Shown here piece after piece: positions 54,625 to 64,000 of a DNA stretch of 64,000 bases. The notes beneath the pieces were generated by a model, which had not been told where the DNA came from, did not search any database, and saw nothing but the letters and a program-made list of their open reading frames with translations. The stretch is from NCBI RefSeq assembly GCF_009914755.1, contig NC_060931.1; one strand, written 5' to 3'. How positions within the stretch are numbered: the stretch's first letter is position 1; the number at the start of each line of letters is the position of its first letter. A program made the position numbers and the translations under genes. The DNA is from the human T2T-CHM13v2.0 reference genome, Homo sapiens.

Positions 54625-56734
54625 AAGAATTTCCCATTTCTCAGGATAGAGTTCAGTTTTCTAAGTTAAAATGTCAGAGGGCTAATTTAATTGTCCTGAA
54701 ATTAGGCATATAAAACTTCTAACATCAATGCAATGATGGCCCAATAAGCAGGAATTGAATGTGTTCCTCCTGAGAGGGTGGAAACAGAAAATAGAAAGCA
54801 GTAGGAAGAAAAAGATACAGAGAGGAGGGAAAGGAGGATGCAGCAACACAGAGAAAGGCTTGAGCCCAAGGTACAATAATGGCAGAGGGAAATCTAACGT
54901 TCCAGGTTGTTTGTATTGCTGCTCTCTAAACAACTCTGCTGCAGACACATACAAACACACACACACACCCCTCACATACCTCTTCTGTAAATATTATTTG
55001 TTTTTAATCTAATTATTTTTTATTTTGTGGGCTTTAAAGAAAAGGGAGGACTTCCATGTTTCCATTACTGCAGGGTGGTGAAGGGTGGAGAGTGGACACA
55101 GAACTGGCAGAAAATGCCTAAGCCAAATGGCTTCAAATGAAGCAATGACCACAAGAGCATTAAGGAATTTGGAAATTTTTTACAACCCATGGAATTCATG
55201 TAACAGCTAGACATGTGTGAATGTTTTATAGTTTCAAACTTACTCTATCCTAAAATGTTCTTGATTTAATATATTATCATTTTAGTGCCAGTGCAACCTC
55301 AATTTAATATATTATCATTTTATTTTATATATTATCATTGTATTTTAATGCCAGTGCAAACTCCCTGTCAATTTATAAAGATACTCCTCAGCATTCAATA
55401 ATTTCCTGATAAATTATAATCGACATGCTCCAATTTAATACATATACTCTTCCTCAGCATTTCTTAAAAAATAAACAGCCTGGTGTGGTGGCTCACAGCT
55501 GTAATCCCAACATTTCGAAAGGCTGAGGTGGGAGGATTGCTTGATGTCAGGAGTTCAAGACCAGCCTGGGCAGCAGAGTGAGACCCTGTCCCTACCAAAA
55601 AATAAAACTAAAAATTCAACTTTATATCCAATAGGTCTAAATGAACAATCAAATACACATAATCTTATTAAAGAAACATATTTAAAATTGTACTATTCAA
55701 ATTATTCATTTTCTTTTCTAGTTATAAACTCCAATTATTTTGACTGTTGATTAAACATATTCAACTTTGTACATTTTTGTTCTTTTAAAGAGTTCAGAAG
55801 TCTGCCTAGTAACTGGTGCCACATGTGAATCAATGAACACTGTAAGAATCTCCCCATAAATCAACATAAGCATATGGTGACAAACTGAAAGACTGAATAC
55901 TATTACCATTTCTAAACTTAAAAGTGGATCATTTGATTTCTTTTCAGGCTGTTTAGACAATGTATTTTTCTGTTCCTTAACACTTCAACCTCATGATGAC
56001 ACTTAAGATTTTACAGCAGCTAGAATTTGCTCCTCACTTCCTATATTTGATTCTCTCATTCATCTAAAAGAGGAGTTTAGGAAGCTGACAGTGACTCATC
56101 AACCTAATTGGCTGTAAAATTTCATTATGCTATAGTTTCTAAAGTTAGTGTTAACGTATTGCTATAAAGTGCTAAATATCGTCAAAGGCTTTATGTCAGC
56201 TAACCATTTTAAATATCACCGATTGTAAAGTTGTGATGTGTTTTAGTGTATAGCTTAAAATTAACAACATATAGCAAAGTGTTTTCATGGTGAGAGAGGA
56301 AGTCAGCCTCCTAAATTTTATGGGAAGATTGTTTTACATCTTCATTAATGAAATCTAAATCTTGTGACTGGATCTCAAGTTCCTGGAAAATAATAAATTC
56401 TTACTGGTCTAAGAAATATCACACATACTTTAGTTAAGGTCTTTCACACTTTGTGGTATATATTCTTGGGTTTTGTTCCTTTTCAGTAAAAAAGGCAAAT
56501 TGACTTAAGTTGGCAAAACATTGTATATGTTACAATGTAAGTTCCTAAGGTGAGCCTAAGAGAAATTTCAGACTTTGATGCATTGTGGTTGCAAAGCATT
56601 GCTTTCTAAGAATTTCCCATTTCTCAGGATAAAGTTCAGTTTTTTAAGTTAAAATGTCAGAGGACTAATTTAATTGTCCTGAAATTAGGCATATAAAACT
56701 TCTAATATCAATGCAATGATGGTCCAATAAGCAG
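54625..56734 (+). repeat. Dispersed direct duplication of 127 bp: 54625-54751 and 56608-56734
   Basis: Ungapped alignment with 5 mismatches, all transitions; offset 1983 bp. Confidence 0.96.
55477..55609 (+). mobile_element. FLAM_C / Alu left monomer
   Basis: gcctggtgtggtggctcacagctgtaatccca...gggaggattgcttga...gagaccctgtcc plus A-rich tail; no right arm. Confidence 0.88.
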
Positions 56735-57239
56735 TTGGTCAATTCAAGTAAAAAACAAATGGAAGTCATACCAGTTGCTTAATTCTGGGGAAATCAAACA
56801 TCCAATTGGTTGCCTTTTTCTTACAACCATCTCAGCTTGGAGTATAAATAATCCCACAATCTAAATTTGTAGATTAAGAAGTATTTTTTAAAGTTTCTCC
56901 CTGAATTTTTCTGAATTATGAAGCAACTATTTTAAATAATTAAGTCAGTTTCTTGGAGTTGCTCTGGAGAGAATGGTAGAGGAAGAAGGGAATTTGTGAA
57001 CCTGCTATGAATAAATACATTTATGCATCTAGGCCCAGATTTAGAAGTCATTCTGAATTTCACAGGAGCTTCTCTGCCTATTGATAACCAGGAATAAGAC
57101 TGTCATGCTTTACATTGTGCTTTTCCCAATGTGACACAGATATATTGTTACTGCATAGTGCAGTGACTTTTAAATCCATGAGAACCATGCCAAGAACCAC
57201 ATCACACACTAAAGAGTGAGCGCTATCAAGCTGACAAAT

Positions 57240-57242
<3 letters not shown>

Positions 57243-57271
<29 letters not shown>
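57243..57271. repeat. T29 homopolymer (A29 in GRM8 pre-mRNA)
   Basis: Counted directly. Confidence 0.97.
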
Positions 57272-57274
<3 letters not shown>

Positions 57275-58454
57275 AAATTTAAACTGATTTGGGTTCCAGG
57301 ATACAATAGGGGGAACATAAGGTAGAAATACAAGCATGTTCAATTATACAGGAATATCTCCAGAGCACTAGGATCCACACATGAAAGTGTGCACCTCCCA
57401 TACTGAAGACAGATGAAAATATGAACCCTGAGATGAGACAGAAAGGCAAACTGACTGATAGAAGCAGCTGGCTAGGGGAGAGAGAGGATCAGTCAGGTAG
57501 ATCTGGATCCAGGTCCCAGCTGGACAGCTTAGAAGGCGAGTGGCCTTGGACACCTTCCTGAACCATGTCACTAATCCTGGGCCTTCAGCTGGCATTGCCA
57601 CTCTTAGGGACCTCTGTAATGGGGTTCCTCATCCCTCCAGCTTCATCTGCTGCACCACACACCTCTCTGCTCCACTCTTAGGTCCTTGAATATTACATAA
57701 GATCTCCAAATGCAGGCCTTTATTCAGCTGTTCACTCTCTTCATTCCTTGCCTAGATGTTTCCAAGCCTCAGGGGAGATGTCACCTCAAATTTGTTAATA
57801 TTTAATGATTTTCTTCCCAAACTTCGCCTAGATTAGATCATCGAGCATCTTAAATACTAGGCTTAAATACTGAATATTGTTCACTTGAAATGGAGAACTA
57901 TGATCAATATTTAAAATTATTGCTGAGAATAATGTGTAAAATCAATTGAAGCAAGCATAGGTTGAAGGTAGAGATAAGTTGGGAGGCAGGTTATGCAGAA
58001 AGTGGAAACAGGATAACCCAGGGAAGTGAAAACAAAGGAATGAGAGAAAATATGTTTTAGAGGCCAAATTGACAGAATCTAACTATCTGATTAAATATGG
58101 CAGTAAATGTCAGGAGGCAATGAACAACTCAGGGTTCTGATGCTAGGTAGTAGAAAATTGGCACCATGAACAGTTTGAAAAATCAGGTGAAGATTTGGTT
58201 AATGATATCTCCCCAAGGGCATCAAGACCTCAATTAAAAGGACTGATTTTTAATGTTCTGTGCTATTTATTATATCCTCTAACAGAGTATAGACTTTATA
58301 TAGATGTTTAATTATTAAAAGAATAAAAGGCCCAAATGTTTAGAGTAATCACATACCAATAACGTGGTTGATCATTTATTTGCAACACTGGCATAATCAA
58401 AGAAGCTACGTTGGAGTAGAGCACCTTATGCAATGTTGCAGTAAAACCAACGGC

Positions 58455-58620
58455 CTGAGAAGCCAGACTTGCATTCTGGTTCTAACACCACAACCAATTA
58501 ACTTTGTGGCCTTGGGCAAAACATGATCTCTCTGGCTTTTGGTTACTTCTCAGTAAAAATTAGAGAACTGAACAAGATGCTCTGTCAGGGCCCCTCCAGC
58601 TCTGAAATTCTGGATTCTAA
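58455..58620 (+). mobile_element. MIR3/MIRc
   Basis: actttgtggccttgggcaaa...gatgctctgtcagggcccctccagctctgaaattct. Confidence 0.7.
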
Positions 58621-60599
58621 GGCATGTTCTCTTATTTCTAACTGCTTCCTCCTTATACTTTCTAAGATCCCTTGAAGATTATTTAAGTAATCTTCAAGTA
58701 AGTGTGACAGAACAAATACCACTAAACCCAATTCTCCACAACAGTATGAAGTATCCTGTAACTGGGCTACTGCTGAGACCTGGAAATTCTGCACTAACAA
58801 AAATACCAAATGTCAACCTGGATTAATTTTTTCCCGCATTCAGAGTTTTGGTTCACTGTGTCACCATATTTCCATTATTCTTAGACTTAGAGCCATTGAA
58901 CAAATCTGGTTCCTCAAAAAAGAGAAGATTTTAGGTCTCTTCTTTTTCTGATATGCTGGCTAAATGAATCAATTATGGAAAATAAGGTCAGAGAAGTGAA
59001 AGGGAAGAGGGAGGATACAAATAATTAAAATGGTAAGAGTACTTCACAAATAGTATCCCTTTAATTCTAAATTATTACTACTCCTCTTGTACAAATAGAA
59101 GAACTGAGATTCAAAAAGTCAAATAACTTACCCAACATTGCAAAGTAATGGCAGTAAACGGCAATTTAAAATCAGGTCTACGTGACTCAAAACCTCTGCC
59201 ATTACCGCTATTCCTTCTCCTCTGTGAAATTTCCTTTGATTCTTCCAGTTCAGGTTTATCTTTTGCTTCTCCAAATTCCCCTTTTACTTACACCCACCAG
59301 ACCAATGATTAGCTTGTCTCTTAAATTAACTGTAAATGCAGGTTCTCTACATGTAATGTGTTCATGCACTTGTGTTAATCTTTAAAGACAATAGTGTAGT
59401 AGGAGTCAAAAAATATTATAAAATATAAACTTTTACAGAAATACTGACAATAAGTATTAACAAATACTAACAGAAATGCCAATACTTATATTGAACTACA
59501 CTTAAAAAGGAAAAAAGTTTCTATAACATTTTAAGCATTTTTCTGAACTGTTAAACAAACAAAAAAAACTTCTTATGAATTTCAGCCATCCACTTATGGA
59601 AAAGTTGTCATAAAATGGCTGAAATTCCCAAGCAAAAGGACTGGACATTTGTGATAAAGACCAACGCTAATAAAGCTTATACATTTATCTTTATAAAAAT
59701 GACTAAAGTATTTTAGTCTTGGAAGGTGGTGTGTCTGAGTCTATGCCTTTATATGATTTTTCTTAAAATATAACATCAAACTCAAAAGAGAATTTCACAC
59801 CCAAGGTTCTGCTTTGTGGATTCTTCAGCTGGCTCTGTCAAGGACCTGTAGAGACAGATGTATTGGACTAATGAAGTAATTTGAGCCACTACCTTATCTA
59901 TTTACAAAGGGCAGAGAAAATTAGAAGACAAGGGTCCTTTGCTGAAAATCACCTGCTATCTTCTTCTGTAATTTAAATGTAGCAGCAAGAACTGAAGGCT
60001 CTTAGCTGCCTGAGGACACATGAGGAGACACTTGTAAATCAACCACTGAAGAGCTCTAGATCAGTTCACAATAACATCTCTCCTTTGTGCCTGGCAGGAA
60101 ATAGAAAGTGCTTCAGGCAGGTGCCAGGTGTCCCCTTCAGGTATTAAAAATTTCCATGCAATGCCCTAGAGTTTCGAAAACACTGAAAAACCTAAGGTAA
60201 GTGGCAAATAAGATTAAGAGTGTATCTTCAGGCAAAACAACCAGTTTAAAAGAAAGACTTTCAGAAAAGCAAATTATTTCATAGATATATCCCTAAGTCC
60301 CTGAACAAAGAAAAGCCTGTTTGATTAAATTCAATTATTTGCATTTTTCTACATAATTATCTTAGATCATACACATGAGAGACAAATTTTGATTTAAAAT
60401 AATTTATAAAACTTGATATATCATAGTTAATGTTTCTCTTTTTTAAGGCATATTAAAGACACTCCTCCTCATACAATTCAAATTTGGGCCTGGAAATTCC
60501 CACTTCAGCAGAAAGGACTTCTAATGCTACCCCCACCCCCAATATGTTACAGTCATTTCAGACCCTATGACTTGGCTCAGGATTTACCTTTTAAAAATA

Positions 60600-61530
60600 C
60601 AGTCTATTTTTTAAATTACAAAAGTAATACATATTAATACTAGAAATATGGAAAATAAAAGTGTAGAAAGAAGAAAATAAAAAAAAATCTATTAGCCTCC
60701 CAGCTTAATGACCATTTGTATATTGGTGTGGCGTCTTACATTTCTTTCTTTGCCTCTTTATTTTTAAACATTAAAGTGATATACTCTTTTTAATATGCTC
60801 TATTCACTTCATCTATAATGAGAATTCCCCTATATTATAGAAAAGCATGGTTTTTTATCTTGTCCTTAATCTTTCATTAAGATTCTTATCTAATATTTAA
60901 TCATTCAACAGATTAATATTTTTGCAATTAATTCTTTTGTTATATTCAATGTGATATTTGGGTTGAGATAAGGATCATAAGTTTTTCATTTTCCAAATTG
61001 TGAACCAATTCTCCCAGTGTTATTTATTACATGTATATTCATTTCCCAAATAATTTATATAACATTATTTTTAACATATCAGATTTTTATATATTCTTGA
61101 ACACCTCTCTGGATTTTCTGACCTAGGCCATTTTTCTCTTAATATGCCAATGCTACATTTTTATGATTATTATGTGTTTATGTTATACCATTGGTTCATT
61201 CTGTACTCTATCATACTCTTTTGAAAAATTTCTGATTAGTCTAATAGTCTTTATAACTAATTAAACCAGTTCAAAAAGTTAGAACTTTTATTAGTCATAT
61301 CAATTTTTAAAATTAATTATGAAAGACATAACATAGCTACAATACTAAGCCTCCATTTGCTAACATAGAGTCTGTTTATTCAAATCTTCTTTAGGAATCC
61401 TTAATAAAGATATGTCACTTGCACATTTATTTTTAAGTTAATTCTTCAATATTTTATGTTTTGTAGCTTTATAAAATGATTTATTTTCATTAACTGGTAT
61501 AATTTATAAATTTCTATTTATTTTTAATAC
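60600..61530 (-). mobile_element. Very old L1ME-type fragments
   Basis: T-rich antisense L1 motifs (aaccaattctcccagtgttatttatt, atgccaatgctacatttttatgattat). Approximate. Confidence 0.5.
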
Positions 61531-61619
61531 TCAACGTTTTTCTCTCATTTAAATTCTACACATCCTAGCAAGCCCAGATTAAGTCCTACCTCTTCTACAC
61601 AACACGGAAAAATATAAAA

Positions 61620-62220
61620 TAGCATGGGTTTTGAGACCAGATTAAGATTTTAGGCTCTGCCTCCAAGTCTCTGAATTCTTCACTCATAAAATAGGAATTT
61701 ATGACCTATGTTGCATGGCTGCTGTGAGGATTAAATGAGACAATGTAAGGCATCTGGCACCTTATGTAGTAAATAAATGAACATCACTATTTGATATGTG
61801 AGGCTATAAAATACTTAACCTTCTATAACATACAACACTTTTTCAATTATACAAATGAAAGAGATTACAACAGAAAGTTAAACTCAGTATATATTCATAT
61901 ATTCAATTACTAAGCATGAGAAAGGTAATTTAGTTCTGTGATTGAGACCAACCACCCTGCTTCCGATCTGCCTAGGTTCAAATCTCAATACCACCATTTA
62001 CTAGTTATGAGCTTTGAGTAAGCCCTTTAACCTCCTATGCACCTTATCTGTAAAATGGGGATAACAATAATATCTCCCCCATAGGGTTGTTGTCATAATT
62101 AAATGAGTTAGTATATATATTAGACAATTAAATGAGTTAGTATATACATTAGGCAGTCAGAAGAGTGTTGAAAAGAATAGGCACTACATAAGATGATATT
62201 ATTATTATCTTTATTATTAT
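61620..62220 (+). mobile_element. Two MIR copies; the second has a 29-bp tandem duplication at 62097-62155
   Basis: gctgtgaggattaaatgagacaatgtaag; cctaggttcaaatctc...atctgtaaaatggggataacaata; aattaaatgagttagtatata is repeated. Confidence 0.85.
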
Positions 62221-62221
62221 C

Positions 62222-62890
62222 ATTCACTGAGCTTGTGTGATATACTAAGCAGTGAGGAGGATACAATGGTAAACAAAAACTGACCTACTCCTTGCTGTCA
62301 CAGAGTGACACTGGGACTACGATCTGAAAGATAAATGGGAGTGAATTAGGTGGGCAAGGGAAGTAGAGGGGAGCACAGGATGACAGCAGTGGCAAAAGCC
62401 CATTGATGGGGGCAGCAGAAGAGTACAAGGAGTGAGGCTCAGCCAGTGAGGCTGCAGCAGGGGAAGAAGGAGGGAGGCACAGGTGAGGCCTGACGGGGGC
62501 AGGGCCAGATTATGGAACAATGCAAATGACCGGGAGTCTATCTGTCTTCTTTCTGTAAAAGCAGAGGGAAGCCATCAAAAGGTAACATAACCAGATTTCC
62601 AGTTCTAAAAGAGCACTGAGTCAAGAGAACAGATAGGAAGGAGGAAAGAGTAAATGGAGTAGGCAGATTGGGAGGTGATTTTATAGTTCAGAAAGGAGCA
62701 TACGGTGTCATGGGCTAAGGTGGTGATGAAAGTGAAGAAATGTGATTGCACTAGAGACAAAACAGGATTAAAAACAACAGGATTTGGATATGGGCACCAT
62801 AGCAAAGAGTGGTACCCAAGGGTGACTTCTAGGTTCTCGGCTTAAGTATCTGGACAGATGCCAGTGCTGCTCAATTAGATGGGCAACAGT
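62222..62890 (-). mobile_element. L2 LINE
   Basis: gatacaatggtaaacaaaaac, ggggcagggccagattatg, gggaagccatcaaaagg, gacttctaggttctcggcttaag. Confidence 0.8.
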
Positions 62891-63471
62891 GTCTAGGACA
62901 GAAATAGCATGTCCTGCCAGCCAGATAACTGCACATTTACCTAATGCATGGTCAACATAGTGAGTTTGTTCCTGTTATGACAGGTCAGGGGAATCCCACT
63001 AGCCTGCACCTCCTAAAAATTGTATACTCACTTGCCACTCTGAGAATGTAACCTGCCTTATTTGTAGGATATGTCCAAGTTCAAGGTTCCAACACTGCGT
63101 TATCATTATTTTTATTACTTACAATCTCCCTAGGTTATAAATTCCAACCCAGGAACAGAGAAAGAGATGGCATCAGAATTGTTTTCAAGAATGTGTCATC
63201 ATTCAACACTGACTTCAATCATTCTATTTGCAAGTTACTAATAGTACTCTCTCAGGTATTCCCTTTTAAACAAAAAGCTGAATAGTCAATGTGATGACCT
63301 GCTTTAAATATAAACATAGAAAAGTAAAACATTTCCCCTTTCCATTATCTTTTTAAGATTTTGTCAACAATGAAGTATTATCACGGGAACACATGTTATA
63401 ACACCTTAAACCTGTAATTAATAGAAATGCTTATGTTAAAATAATCTCATCCTATCTGCTTTTTCTAAAAA

Positions 63472-63777
63472 ATTTTATTTATTTATTTGTTTATTTTGAG
63501 ACAGGGTCTCACTCTGTCACCCAGACTGGAGTGCAGTGGTGTGATCAAGGCTCACTGTAGCCTTGACCTCCTGGGCTCAGGACATCATCCTATTTCAGCC
63601 TCCCAAGTAGAATGGACCATGGGCATGAGCCACCACGACCAGCTAATTTTTAAATTTTTTGTAGAGATGGGGTCTCCTCATATTTCCCAGGCTGGTTTTA
63701 AACTCCTGGCCTCAAGCAATCTTCCCATCTTGGCCTCTCAGTGTTGGAATTATAGGCATGAGCCACTGCACCCAGCC
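63472..63777 (-). mobile_element. AluJ with about 16-bp TSD (tatctgcttttt(t)ctaa)
   Basis: Antisense dimer with (ttta)n tail; TSD at about 63453-63468 and 63779-63795. Confidence 0.94.
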
Positions 63778-64000
63778 ATATCTGCTTTTTTCTAAGCTAT
63801 CATGACCTATTAGTGATAATAAAATCAATGTAGTTGGTCACACACAGCGTATTTCCAAAATAAAGAAAACATGTAGAAATCAAGTTCATTGCAAATAGTA
63901 ACAGGAAGTATTGTTTCTTGAGTCTTTATTTCAGTTGAGAGGTGGGTTTGTATACTGTATTGCCATAAACAATATATTATTAATCTGGAGTGAAGTAAAA

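Larger units (their letters stand above)
51829..64000 (-). other. GRM8: GRM8 intron upstream of the exon (continues beyond the window end)
   Basis: Ends in CAG at 51831-51829. No upstream mGluR exon was seen in the 12 kb. Confidence 0.85.

Overview
AT-rich, CpG-poor primate (human-like) genomic DNA lying inside a very large gene transcribed on the minus strand. The only coding sequence I can support is one 201-nt internal exon (51828->51628, minus strand), which encodes part of the extracellular Venus-flytrap domain of metabotropic glutamate receptor 8 (GRM8). The supplied ORF track misses it, and its listed ORFs look like noise or repeat-derived frames. The rest is intron filled with Alu/FAM/FLAM, MIR, L1M, L2, LTR8, MST and MLT1 LTRs, and hAT/Tigger DNA-transposon fossils; several have readable target-site duplications. 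Repeat family names come from recalled consensus similarity, not a database search. I see no demonstrably new biological system. The best leads are: (1) a candidate UG-repeat (TDP-43-type) cryptic exon at 9428-9511 that would be in frame and stop-free with GRM8; (2) a cluster of local templated duplications, three of them ~95% identical, including a ~226-bp inverted pair that would form a long duplex in the pre-mRNA; (3) a recursive-splice-site-like motif at 23088/23089; (4) candidate poison-exon and intronic polyadenylation routes to a truncated receptor; (5) an enhancer-like motif cluster near 9.8-10.0 kb. All splicing and regulatory claims are motif-level inference.
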